NCBI GenBank assembly: GCA_043731805.1
Contig: JAYTIO010000685.1
Span: forward strand, 1 to 35,047
Reading direction: 5' to 3'
DNA: 35,047 nucleotides
DNA from: Pedosphaera sp.
GTDB lineage: Bacteria; Verrucomicrobiota; Verrucomicrobiia; Limisphaerales; SXTU01
The notes under the pieces are model-generated. The model was not told where the DNA came from and made no database searches. It worked only from the letters and a program-made list of their open reading frames with translations. This document shows, in pieces, positions 7,604 through 16,368 of the stretch; position 1 is the first letter of the stretch, and every line of letters begins with the position of its first letter. A program made the position numbers and the translations under genes.

Positions 7604-7630
7604 TTCAGTTGGGCCCGCGCCAGCCGATAC
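7604..7630 (+). promoter_or_regulatory. Sigma-28 (FliA)-type promoter for the HDOD gene
   Basis: The plus strand reads TTCAGTTG-ggcccgcgcca-GCCGATAC, with the same 8-N11-8 spacing. The -10 element ends 20 nt upstream of the ATG at 7651. Confidence 0.5.
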
Positions 7631-7650
7631 CCACCTGTCCGCGACTGACT

Positions 7651-8562
7651 ATGGAAGCCCCGCTTGCACCCCGCCCAGTGATGCGCCTTGACGAGGCGCA
7701 AATCGAGGCCCGCTTGAAGGGCTGCGCCCGGCTGCCCTCCCTGGGCAGCATCAACAGCGCGCTGCGCGAACTGCTCTCGGCGGACTCCAGCTACATCGCG
7801 CAAATCTCCGAGGTCATCCGCCGCGACCCCAGCCTCACGGCGCGCCTACTGCGCCTGGTGAACTCGGTCTATTTTGGCCTGTCCGCCCCAGTCCACAGCG
7901 TCGAGGAGGCGATCTTCTATCTCGGCGTGCGGCAAATCCGGCAGCTCGCGATGCTGACGCCGGTCATCGAGGATTTTCAAAAATTGGCGGGCAACACGTC
8001 GTTCCCGTGGCGCGAGTTTTGGCGGCACTGCATCGGCGTGGCCATGATGACGCGCGAGGTCATCAGCATCGTGCGCACGCCCACGGACGAGGCGGATTAT
8101 GTCGCCGGCCTGGTGCATGACGTGGGCAAAATCGCGATGGCGGCGGCGTTCAACGAGCACTTCACGGAAGTGCATCGGCGGCTGGCCGAACAGCCCGCGT
8201 CCCTGACAGAAATCGAGCTGGACGTGCTCGGGATGGACCACGCTGAACTAGGCGCGCGCTACTTGCAGCATCACAATCTGCCGGAGGCGATGATCGAAAC
8301 CGCGCGGTATCACCACCAGCCGCAGCGCGCCAGCCACCATGTGTCAATCGTCGCCGCCGTGAGCGTGGCGGACCTGCTGGTGCGGCACGCGAAGCTGGGC
8401 GTGAGCGGCAACGTGCTGGAGGTGGCGGCGGACAGTTGGCGGCAGTCGCCCGCCTGGGCGCTGTTGTTTCCGAACTTGAACGAACAGGAGCACTCGCTGG
8501 CGCAAGCCTCGCTGCAACGGAGCCTGGGCCGGTTGCCCGTGGTGTTGGAGGGGTTGATTTGA
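7651..8562 (+). CDS. HDOD domain signalling protein
   Basis: Only the last 303 aa of the 843-aa track ORF look real. That part reads MEAPLAPRPVMRLDEAQIEARLKGCARLPSLGSINSALRELL...SLTARLLRLVNSVYFGL...VEEAIFYLGVRQIRQLA...GLVHDVGKIAMA...MDHAELGARYL, the HDOD pattern. The upstream part is antisense to real genes. Confidence 0.9.
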   Translation: MEAPLAPRPVMRLDEAQIEARLKGCARLPSLGSINSALRELLSADSSYIAQISEVIRRDPSLTARLLRLVNSVYFGLSAPVHSVEEAIFYLGVRQIRQLAMLTPVIEDFQKLAGNTSFPWREFWRHCIGVAMMTREVISIVRTPTDEADYVAGLVHDVGKIAMAAAFNEHFTEVHRRLAEQPASLTEIELDVLGMDHAELGARYLQHHNLPEAMIETARYHHQPQRASHHVSIVAAVSVADLLVRHAKLGVSGNVLEVAADSWRQSPAWALLFPNLNEQEHSLAQASLQRSLGRLPVVLEGLI

Positions 8563-8602
8563 CGGCTCCGAAACGGGCGACGTCGCGGCTGCGCGCGCCC
8601 CG

Positions 8603-11600
8603 TCACGCATTCCCGCCGGGTTCGCCCGCCCGCAGCGCGTGGTTCACGGCTTCCGCCAGCGCTTGGACGCTGAAGGGCTTGGGCACCACCTGGACCACGC
8701 CCGCCGCCCGCAACTGCTCGTCGGCCACGTCGAGCAAATAGCCGGACATGATGATTACCGGCAGCTCGGGACGGATGGCCCGCAGCTTGCGCGCGAGGTC
8801 GAGGCCGCCGAGCTGCGGCATGGTCAGATCGGTCAGCACCGCATCGAACTCCTGCGGGGCTTGGACAAACGCCTCCAGCGCCTCGGTGGAGCGCAGGAAG
8901 CCGGTGGCATTGTAGTTGAGCCGGGCCAGATAATTCCGGGCGACCCACATCACCGCCTCCTCGTCGTCCACCACCATGATGCGCTGGCCGTTGCCCACCG
9001 GCAGGCGCGGCTTGTCCGAGACCGCGCCGGGCCGGGCGGTCTCCAGCGCGCGGAAGTAGAAGGTGAAGCTGGCCCCCGCGCCCGGCTCGCTGGTGACGGT
9101 GACTGCGCCCTGATGCATCTGCACGATGCCATGCACCATCGCCAGCCCCAGGCCGGTGCCCTGGCCGATCGGCTTGGTGGTGAAGAAGGGGTCGAAGACG
9201 CGGGACTGCACCTCGCTGGGGATGCCGCAGCCGTTGTCCGCAATCGTGAGCTCCAAATGCCGGCCCGGCAGCAGCGGCGGGTGCCCATCGGTGAACGACT
9301 CGGCTAGGTCCACCACCGCCACCGTGACGCTCAAGCGCCCGGCGCGCTGGCCAATCGCGTGCGCGGCGTTCAGCCCTGTGTTCATGATGATCTGGTGGAG
9401 CTGGCCCGCATCGGCCTGGATCAAGGGTTCCTCGGCCGGCCAGGCGGTGGCGAATTCGACGCTGCTGGGCAGGGAGGCGCGCAAGAGGTGCAATGCTTCC
9501 TTCACCGAGGCGCTGAGGCGGGTCGGCTCGCGGTGGGTCTCCTTGCCCCGGCTGAAGGTGAGGAGCTGGCGCACCAGGTCGCGGGCGCGGATCGCCCCGC
9601 GCAGGATTTGCTGGGCGGGGATCTCCAACGGGCTGGCGGGCGGCAGGTCCATCCGCAGGAGTTCCACGTGGCCGAGGATGCCGGCGAGGATGTTGTTGAA
9701 ATCGTGCGCGATGCCGCCCGCCAGCGTGCCGACGGCTTCCAGTTTCTGGGACTGGCGAAGCTGGGTTTCCAACTTGGTCTGGGCCGTCTCCGTAGCGTGC
9801 CGCTCGGTCACGTCGCGCGCAAAGATGACCGCGCGGACTTCCCGGCCCGCAGCGGTGAAGCGCCGGCCCCAGGCATCAAACCACAACCACTCCGCCGCGC
9901 CGCGCCGGAACCGGAAGGTGGCCGCGCCGTGCGGCTGGCGCAGGGCGCGGGCGACCAGCACGCGGTCATCGGGATGGATGCGGTCCACGAGCTGGGCGGC
10001 ACCCAGGTCCTTTTCGGCGAGGCCCAGGTGGCTGGCGAGGTTCGCGCTGGCGTAGTGGATTTCGCCCGTCAAGGAGAGTTCCACGACGATGTCATGCGAG
10101 TTGTCCACCAGCAGGCGGAAGCGCTGCTCGCTGGCGTGGAGGGCAGCCTGCGCGCGGTCCCGCTCGATGACGGTGCCGGCGAGGGAGACGCCCAACGCCA
10201 CCAACCGCTGCTCGTCGGGCGTCGGGGTGTGCAGCGTGCGGTGATAGCAGGCGAAAGTGCCCAGCACCTCGCCCCGGGCGGAAAAAATCGGCGTGGACCA
10301 GCACGCGCGCAGCCCGTGGGCCTGGGCCAGCGGGCGGTAGTTCGCCCACAACGGGTCGGTCAGGATGTCCACCACAACCACCGGTTCGCGGCGGACAATC
10401 GCGGTCCCGCACGCGCCCACGCCTTCGCCCGCGCGAATGCCATCAATGGCGCGGGTATAGGTGAGCGGCAGGCTGGGCGCAGCCCCGTGCCGCAACGTCA
10501 CGCCATCCGCCTCCAGCAGCAGGATGGAGCCGAGCAGGCGGGGGGCGTTGACCTCGATGAACCGCACGATCTGCTCCAGCACCGTCGTGCTCGGCGTCCC
10601 CTTCGCGATGAGTTCCAGGAGGCTGTGCTGGCCGACCACGAGCCGGTCCGCCTGGCGGCGCGCGCTGATGTCCACGTCCATGCACGCGAAGCGCGGCTGC
10701 CCACCCTCGGCCGGAATGGGGAAGAGGGTGGAGAGGCAGACGCCGGGGCTGCCGTTCTTGCGGTGGAACTCATACTCGCCCGGCCCGTGCGGGGTGCCGC
10801 TGGCCTGCACTTCCTGAAGCAGCGCGCGGAAGGCGCGGGTTTCTTCCGGCGTGTGGATCAACTGGTCCAAGGTTTTCCCCAACGCCTCGGCGGCGGACCA
10901 GCCGAAGATCTGTTCGGAAGCCGGATTCCAGAACGTCACCCGGCCTTGCTCGTCGAACCACTGCACCGCCACGTAAGGGGTGTTCTCAATGCACGCGCGC
11001 AGGCGCTGCTCACTGTCGGCCAGGGCGGACTCGGCCTGCTTCCGGTCCGTGATGTCAATCAACGTGCCGGCGTAGCCCGTCAACGCCCCGTCCGCCAAGG
11101 CCACGCGCCCCGCCCGCATGGAAACCCAGATCACCTGGCCCTCGGGCCGCACCATGCGCAGATCGGCGTGCAACGGTTTGCCCGCGCGCGCGGCGGCTTC
11201 CCAGGCGGCGGTGGTCGGGGCCGCGTCCTCGGGGTGGATCAGGCGCAGCCAGCCCTGCCCCTTGGCCTCGGCGAAGGGCAGGCCGGTCAGCTCCTCCCAG
11301 CGGCGGTTGACATAGAGGCAGTTGCCCGCCGCATCTTGCAGGTAAACGCCGGCCGGCGAGAAGTCCGCCACCGCACGCAGCTCGATCTCGGCCTGCCGAT
11401 AGAGGGCCAGCGCCTCGAAGGCGACGACCAGCAGCCGAGGTTCATCCTTGCCCGTCGCCGGCACCGGATAAATCCCGCAGGACACCCAGCGCTGCGTGCC
11501 GTCGGGCCGCGTGAACCCAAGGACGTGGCTCTGCCGGGGCGCGCCCTCCCGGAAGGCGACGCGAAAGGGACTCTCCTCGGGACGATAGGGCGTGCCGTCC

Positions 11601-11821
11601 GCCCGCGTGACCGGCCAACGCTCGAAGAAGCCAGCGCACGGCACCTCGGCGGGCCCCAGCCCCAGCAGTTGGGTGGCCGCCGCGTTGGCCGAGACGAGCC
11701 GCCCGTCCTCCCGCACCACAATCACGCCCTCCGCCATGGCCTCCAGCACCGAGTGACACAACGCCAGCGCAGGATGGGCGGCGGGACTGGCGGGTGAGTT
11801 CATGGGCGGGGCCTCAGCCAT
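8603..11821 (-). CDS. Hybrid sensor histidine kinase (multiple PAS, GAF, HisKA, HATPase_c, C-terminal REC)
   Basis: 1072 aa. Several PAS-like modules. GAF-like block (...GVGACGTAIVRREPVVVVDILTDPLWANY...). H-box GGIAHDFNNILAGILGHVELL. N/G boxes (DNGCGIP, GTGLGLAMV). REC (RIMVVDDEE...DAVLTDLTMPQLGG...IIMSGY). Confidence 0.93.
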   Translation of the reverse strand: MAEAPPMNSPASPAAHPALALCHSVLEAMAEGVIVVREDGRLVSANAAATQLLGLGPAEVPCAGFFERWPVTRADGTPYRPEESPFRVAFREGAPRQSHVLGFTRPDGTQRWVSCGIYPVPATGKDEPRLLVVAFEALALYRQAEIELRAVADFSPAGVYLQDAAGNCLYVNRRWEELTGLPFAEAKGQGWLRLIHPEDAAPTTAAWEAAARAGKPLHADLRMVRPEGQVIWVSMRAGRVALADGALTGYAGTLIDITDRKQAESALADSEQRLRACIENTPYVAVQWFDEQGRVTFWNPASEQIFGWSAAEALGKTLDQLIHTPEETRAFRALLQEVQASGTPHGPGEYEFHRKNGSPGVCLSTLFPIPAEGGQPRFACMDVDISARRQADRLVVGQHSLLELIAKGTPSTTVLEQIVRFIEVNAPRLLGSILLLEADGVTLRHGAAPSLPLTYTRAIDGIRAGEGVGACGTAIVRREPVVVVDILTDPLWANYRPLAQAHGLRACWSTPIFSARGEVLGTFACYHRTLHTPTPDEQRLVALGVSLAGTVIERDRAQAALHASEQRFRLLVDNSHDIVVELSLTGEIHYASANLASHLGLAEKDLGAAQLVDRIHPDDRVLVARALRQPHGAATFRFRRGAAEWLWFDAWGRRFTAAGREVRAVIFARDVTERHATETAQTKLETQLRQSQKLEAVGTLAGGIAHDFNNILAGILGHVELLRMDLPPASPLEIPAQQILRGAIRARDLVRQLLTFSRGKETHREPTRLSASVKEALHLLRASLPSSVEFATAWPAEEPLIQADAGQLHQIIMNTGLNAAHAIGQRAGRLSVTVAVVDLAESFTDGHPPLLPGRHLELTIADNGCGIPSEVQSRVFDPFFTTKPIGQGTGLGLAMVHGIVQMHQGAVTVTSEPGAGASFTFYFRALETARPGAVSDKPRLPVGNGQRIMVVDDEEAVMWVARNYLARLNYNATGFLRSTEALEAFVQAPQEFDAVLTDLTMPQLGGLDLARKLRAIRPELPVIIMSGYLLDVADEQLRAAGVVQVVPKPFSVQALAEAVNHALRAGEPGGNA

Positions 11822-13079
11822 ACACGAGCAGGGATTGGGTGATGGGCGCGGTGTGGTGGTGGGTGCGCAGCTTGTCGATGGTCGGCTCGTTCAACGGCTG
11901 GCCCTCGGGCACCAACAGCAATCCATGGGCGGTGTAAATCGCACTGGCCACCACCATGCCGGGCTGCAATTCCGCCAGCAACACCGCGCGCTCGCGGGGC
12001 GTGCCCGGGGTGGCCGGCAAGACCCGGAGCAACGCGCGCACGGCCTCGGGGTCGAACTGCGTGCCGCTGGCGAATTTGATCTGCTCCACCGCCGCCCCGT
12101 CGCTCGCCTCCGCATCCGCATACGCGGCCACCACCGCCAGCAAGCGCGCCAGCCACGGGATTTGCTCACCGGCCAGACTGTCCGGGTAGCCCGTGCCATC
12201 GTAGCGCTCGTGGTGCCCACGCACGGCCAGCGCGGCGGCGGCCAACTCCGGCGCACCCGCGATCAACTCCTGGCCGGTGAGGGGATGCGGGCGCAGGCGC
12301 GCGCGTTCCTCGTCGATCAACGTCTCCGGTTGTTCCAGCCAGCGGCGGACCAACTCGTGGGACACGGCGAGCAAGCCGACGTCGTGCAAGCTCGCGGCCA
12401 GTTCCAAACTCGCCGCCTCCGCCTCGGTCAAGGTGAGCGTGGCGATCAAGGCCCGCGCCACGTCCCGCGCCCGGCGCGCCCGGCGGCCCAGCAAGGGGTG
12501 GCTGGCGGACAGCGTCCGCAGCGTGAGTTCGGCGTGCTGGCGCACCTGCTCGGTCAGCGCGAGGCGCTGGTCCTCGGCGAGCTTCACCTGGGCGGCGAGC
12601 GATTGGTTGGCGGCGGTGAGTTCGAGGTTGCAGGCGGAGGTGGCCGTCTGGAGTTCGCGGTTGCGCCGCAGGAGTTCGTGGCGCTGCACGGCGTTGCGCA
12701 CGGTCGCGAGCAGCTCCTCGCGCAGCCAGGGCTTCACGATGAAGCGGTAGATTTCCCCGGTGTTGATGGCTTCGATGACGGTGCCCAGCGTCAGCACGGC
12801 GGTGATGAGGATGCGGCTGGCGTCGGGTTGCAGCACCTTGGCCTGGGCGAGGAAATCCAGCCCGGTCATGCGCGGCATCTGGTAGTCGCTGATGATGGCG
12901 GCAAAGGGCATGGTCGGCAGAAACTCCAGCCCCCGGAGCGCATCCGGCACGGCGATCACCTCGTAGCCGGCGCGGTGCAAGGTCTCGCGCAGGGCGGCCA
13001 GCACGATCTCCTCGTCGTCCACGACGAGGACGCGGGGCTTGGCGGGGAGCAGGGCGGGCGGGGCGGCGGGCGGGCTCAT
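11814..13079 (-). CDS. Response regulator with HD-GYP domain (RpfG-type c-di-GMP phosphodiesterase)
   Basis: 421 aa. REC (RVLVVDDEE...AAIISDYQMPRMTG...). HD-GYP motifs (SLHDVGLLAV, GHHERYDGTGYPDSL). ATGA overlap with the upstream kinase and an 8-nt overlap with the downstream hybrid kinase. Confidence 0.92.
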   Translation of the reverse strand: MSPPAAPPALLPAKPRVLVVDDEEIVLAALRETLHRAGYEVIAVPDALRGLEFLPTMPFAAIISDYQMPRMTGLDFLAQAKVLQPDASRILITAVLTLGTVIEAINTGEIYRFIVKPWLREELLATVRNAVQRHELLRRNRELQTATSACNLELTAANQSLAAQVKLAEDQRLALTEQVRQHAELTLRTLSASHPLLGRRARRARDVARALIATLTLTEAEAASLELAASLHDVGLLAVSHELVRRWLEQPETLIDEERARLRPHPLTGQELIAGAPELAAAALAVRGHHERYDGTGYPDSLAGEQIPWLARLLAVVAAYADAEASDGAAVEQIKFASGTQFDPEAVRALLRVLPATPGTPRERAVLLAELQPGMVVASAIYTAHGLLLVPEGQPLNEPTIDKLRTHHHTAPITQSLLVYG

Positions 13080-15094
13080 GCGAAGAGGCTGCGGAGGTGG
13101 CGCAGGATGGTGTCCGAGGACATGTCGGCGGTGATGATGAGGTCGGCGCGGACGAGCAGGGCGGTGGCGAGCTGGTCCTGATTGCAGCCGGCGATTTGCA
13201 GGATCACGCGGCTGGCCGGGGCTTCGCGCTGCAAGTCATCCAGCAACGCGTGCAACGCCGGGTCGTGGTGCTCCACCAGCGCGAGGAGGCCGTCGGGCCG
13301 CTGCACGGCGGAGGCAAGCCGGAGCCGCGCCTCGTCGCCGTTCAACGCGGTGCTCACCGAGAAGCCCCACAGCCGGAGCACCTCGGCGGTGCTCTCGACC
13401 AGCTTGGCGCTGCTGCCGAGCAAGAGCAGCGAGCGGCGCGGCGCGGCCGCGGCGGCCGGCGCGGGGTCCGCCTCCGTGAAATCCGAGAGTGGCAGCCACA
13501 GCCGGAACGTCGCGCCCGCGCCGGGCGCGCTCGCCAGGGTGATGGTGCCGCCGTGTTTGTCCACGAACAACTTGGCGTTGTAGAGGCCCAGGCCGCAGCC
13601 TTTGTTCATCGCCTTCGTCGTGAAGAACGGATCGAAGATGGCCGGCGAGTCGCGCGGGTCAATGCCCTGGCCGGTGTCCGCCACGCGGAAGCAAACGCAC
13701 GGCCCGCGCGCCCCGCGCAGCGAGGGCAGGGGCGGCAGTTCACTTTCCAAGCTGGAGCCAAAGACGAGCTGGCCGCCGCGCGGCATGGCCTCGGCCGCGT
13801 TGAGCGCGAGGTTGATGGCGACCTGCCGGAACTCGACCGGGTCCACGTAGAGCGGCAGCTGGCCGGGGGCCAGTTCCACGCTCACCTCGACGGTGCGGGG
13901 GATGACCTTACGCACCAACTCGAAGACCTCGGTGATGAGCGCGTTCAAGTCCTGGTAGCTGCGCTCGCCGGTCTTGCCGTGGTGCAGGTGGATCATGCGG
14001 TGGACGAGCTGGCTGGCCTGCTGGGCGTTGCGCTGGATGAGACCCATCCCCTCGTGGAACGGATGGGCGGGTTCAAGTTGGGAACAGAAGTGCTCGCTCA
14101 ACGAGTGGATGCCCGCCAGGACGTTGCTGAAGTCGTGCGCCATGCCCATCGTGAGCGTGCTCAAGGTCTCCTTCCACGCCGCGCTGGAGAGGCGTTTCTC
14201 CGCCAGCGTCTGCCGCGTCACGTCCAGCCACACGCCCTCGTAGCCCAACAACAGCCCGCTGTCCGTCGCCACCGCCTGGCGATGTTCGAGGATGTAATAG
14301 ATCTGTCGCGTGGCCAGGTTGCGGACGCGGTAGGTGCTGGCGGCACTGCGCAGGGTCCGCGCCGACTGCCGGGCGTTCAGGCGCAACTCCTCGGCATCGC
14401 CCTCATGCACCACGTCCCAAAACCGCGACGGCGCGTGCTGCCACTCCGCCACCGAGACCCCGGTCAGCTCCTGGATTTTCGGGCTGACAAACGAGAAGCT
14501 GAAATCGGCGCGCTGGCTGAAGATCACGCCCGGCCAGTGGCCGACAAGGTTGTGCAGCCGCGCCTCGGCCCGCAGCATCCGCACGAAGACCTCGCGCCGG
14601 GCGCCCTCGGAGGCGAGGTGTTCGTCCCACGGACTTTCCGCCAGCTCCGTCACCGGCGGCAAGGTGGACCCGAGCCGCACCAGCACGGCGTCGGGCGTGC
14701 GGGAGATTTCGCAAGTGAACCACTCGCGCTGCCCGGCGGGCCCGGCGGCCAACAGCAGTTGGTCAAACGGCTCGGCGGAAAACTCCAGCCCGCGCAGCGG
14801 CTCCACCCACTCGGGATAACACTCCGCCAAGACCGTGCGCAGCGGGTGGCCAACGAGTTCGGCGCGATTGCGCGCGAGCCAGGTGGCCAGCGGCGTGTTC
14901 AGGGTCCGGATGCAGCCCGCGAGATCGAGCACCGCGCGACCAGAGTCCAGCCACCCGCGCTCCGGGGCGCGCTGGGTGCCGGGAGGCACGGCGGCGGCGA
15001 TGCCGGTGGCCCTCATTTTGTCGTCAACTGACGGGATCTTCATTGCGCGCGTGTGATGCGCTGACCCTAGCCGTGGTCGAGGGGGGAAGGACAT
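13076..15094 (-). CDS. Sensor histidine kinase (PAS, HisKA, HATPase_c) with degenerate C-terminal receiver-like domain
   Basis: 672 aa. H-box MGMAHDFSNVLAGIHSLSEH. N/G boxes (DTGQGI, GCGLGLYNA). The last ~120 aa have REC-like topology but lack the acidic pocket. The start could alternatively be MKIPS... or MRATG... a few codons in. Confidence 0.9.
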   Translation of the reverse strand: MSFPPRPRLGSAHHTRAMKIPSVDDKMRATGIAAAVPPGTQRAPERGWLDSGRAVLDLAGCIRTLNTPLATWLARNRAELVGHPLRTVLAECYPEWVEPLRGLEFSAEPFDQLLLAAGPAGQREWFTCEISRTPDAVLVRLGSTLPPVTELAESPWDEHLASEGARREVFVRMLRAEARLHNLVGHWPGVIFSQRADFSFSFVSPKIQELTGVSVAEWQHAPSRFWDVVHEGDAEELRLNARQSARTLRSAASTYRVRNLATRQIYYILEHRQAVATDSGLLLGYEGVWLDVTRQTLAEKRLSSAAWKETLSTLTMGMAHDFSNVLAGIHSLSEHFCSQLEPAHPFHEGMGLIQRNAQQASQLVHRMIHLHHGKTGERSYQDLNALITEVFELVRKVIPRTVEVSVELAPGQLPLYVDPVEFRQVAINLALNAAEAMPRGGQLVFGSSLESELPPLPSLRGARGPCVCFRVADTGQGIDPRDSPAIFDPFFTTKAMNKGCGLGLYNAKLFVDKHGGTITLASAPGAGATFRLWLPLSDFTEADPAPAAAAAPRRSLLLLGSSAKLVESTAEVLRLWGFSVSTALNGDEARLRLASAVQRPDGLLALVEHHDPALHALLDDLQREAPASRVILQIAGCNQDQLATALLVRADLIITADMSSDTILRHLRSLFA

Positions 15095-15247
15095 TACTTT
15101 CTGCCCCCGGCCCGCACGGTGAACCGCAGGTCGGGAGGAGCGCAGGATTAAGATCAGGACCCAGCGGCAGCCCCGCCCACCTGCCCACCTGCCCCACCCT
15201 CCTCCTCGAAATCCTAATCCCGCACCGCCCCCGGCCCGCGCCCCCGC

Positions 15248-15640
15248 TCAGGAGTAATTCTGCCAGCCCGTCTGCCGGGGCTGTCCGTAAGCGCGGCTGA
15301 CTTGACGGAGATTCTGCCCCGCCTGGTCCGCGCCCGCCTGCTCGTGCTCCACGCGGGCGCGCTGCTGCGCTAGGCTTTTGGCGTTCTGCCCCTCCAGTTC
15401 CATCAGCCGCGAGACCACCGTGCGGATGGCGGACTCGGCTTCGCGCGCACCAGTATGCAGGACGGACTGCTCCTGCTTGAGCGCATCCGTCGCGGCGACG
15501 ATGCGCTCCTGCAACGCGTGCTTGGCATTCTGACAGCGCGTCACCTCCGCCCAGTCCGCGTGCTGGATGCCCTCGTTCTCCGCGAGGCTCAACCGTCGCC
15601 ACTGCTCATAGAGGCCAAGAAGATGGTCGCGGGCGCTCAT
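15248..15640 (-). CDS. FliT-like protein (putative flagellar chaperone/regulator)
   Basis: 130 aa, 3 nt after the fliS stop. LLGLYEQWRRLSLAENEGIQHADWAEV... and the C-terminal ...QNLRQVSRAYGQ resemble the FliT layout (W..L...S..., ...WDEL..., ...AYG). The assignment is by pattern only. Confidence 0.5.
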   Translation of the reverse strand: MSARDHLLGLYEQWRRLSLAENEGIQHADWAEVTRCQNAKHALQERIVAATDALKQEQSVLHTGAREAESAIRTVVSRLMELEGQNAKSLAQQRARVEHEQAGADQAGQNLRQVSRAYGQPRQTGWQNYS

Positions 15641-15643
15641 GGT

Positions 15644-16081
15644 TCAGGCGTGGCTGGCGAAGGCCGGTTCAACCTGGGCCGGGTCCGGCTGCTCCCCGCG
15701 CCGCCGCAGCATCTCGGCCCACGCCTCGCGCAGGATGCCCAACCGCCGCAACACATCCTGGATGCCGTCCTCGGACTTGCGAAAATTACTCTCCTGCAAC
15801 CGGTCGTCCATGTAGTCGTAGAGCCGGCGGAAGTTCGCCGCGATCTCGCCGCCCGCCGCCACGTTCAGCGAAGCGTTCAGCTCGTGGATGATGGCCTGGG
15901 CGCGCTGGATGTTGTTGTTGACCGTCTGGTTAAACTCCAGCGGGTCCGTCTCCGCAAAGCCCAGCCGGGCGCGTTCGAGGAACCGGATGGCCCCGTCGAA
16001 GAGCATCAGCACCAACTGCCCGGGGGTGGCCGTCTGGGTGGCGACTTGGCGGTAAGCGGACCAGGGATTGGGCAGGCTCAT
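15644..16081 (-). CDS. fliS: Flagellin-specific chaperone FliS
   Basis: 145 aa. YRQVATQTATPGQLVLMLFDGAIRFLERA and AQAIIHELNASLNV..GGEIAANFRRLYDYM are the FliS family pattern. A GAGG SD lies 7 nt upstream of the ATG. Confidence 0.93.
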   Translation of the reverse strand: MSLPNPWSAYRQVATQTATPGQLVLMLFDGAIRFLERARLGFAETDPLEFNQTVNNNIQRAQAIIHELNASLNVAAGGEIAANFRRLYDYMDDRLQESNFRKSEDGIQDVLRRLGILREAWAEMLRRRGEQPDPAQVEPAFASHA

Positions 16082-16090
16082 GGGTAAACC

Positions 16091-16366
16091 TCAGTGGTCC
16101 GTCGGCTCGTCCGCGAAGTGGCGGGCCAGCAGGCTGGCGATGCTCTTCAAGGTCGTCGCCGCCGGATAGTTTGCGTCGCGAATCAACGCGCGCGCGCGCT
16201 CCACCTCGCCCGCGCGCACGTCCGGGGTGTCCGCCAGCGCGGCATTCAACGCGGCGGTGCCGGCAAACTTCGCGGTGTCCGACCCCGGCCCGGCGGGCTT
16301 CGCCGGTGCGGCCTTCCCGTAGGCCCGGTTCACCGGGCCGCTGTTGCTGTTGGGACTGACGTTCAT
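16091..16366 (-). CDS. flgM: Anti-sigma-28 factor FlgM
   Basis: About 91 aa, disordered and Ala/Pro-rich at the N-terminus. The C-terminal DVRAGEVERARALIRDANYPAATTLKSIASLL matches the FlgM sigma-28-binding region. The track start (16372) is a TTG that overlaps the lipoprotein stop; the ATG at 16366 is more likely. Confidence 0.7.
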   Translation of the reverse strand: MNVSPNSNSGPVNRAYGKAAPAKPAGPGSDTAKFAGTAALNAALADTPDVRAGEVERARALIRDANYPAATTLKSIASLLARHFADEPTDH

Positions 16367-16368
16367 AC

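Noticed and set aside
6031-7650. N-terminal 540 codons of the 843-aa plus-strand ORF that ends as the HDOD protein
   Set aside because: This part is antisense to the TPR and Pro-rich genes and translates to Arg/Gly-rich nonsense. The HDOD homology, a sigma-28-type promoter and an ATG all begin at 7604-7651.
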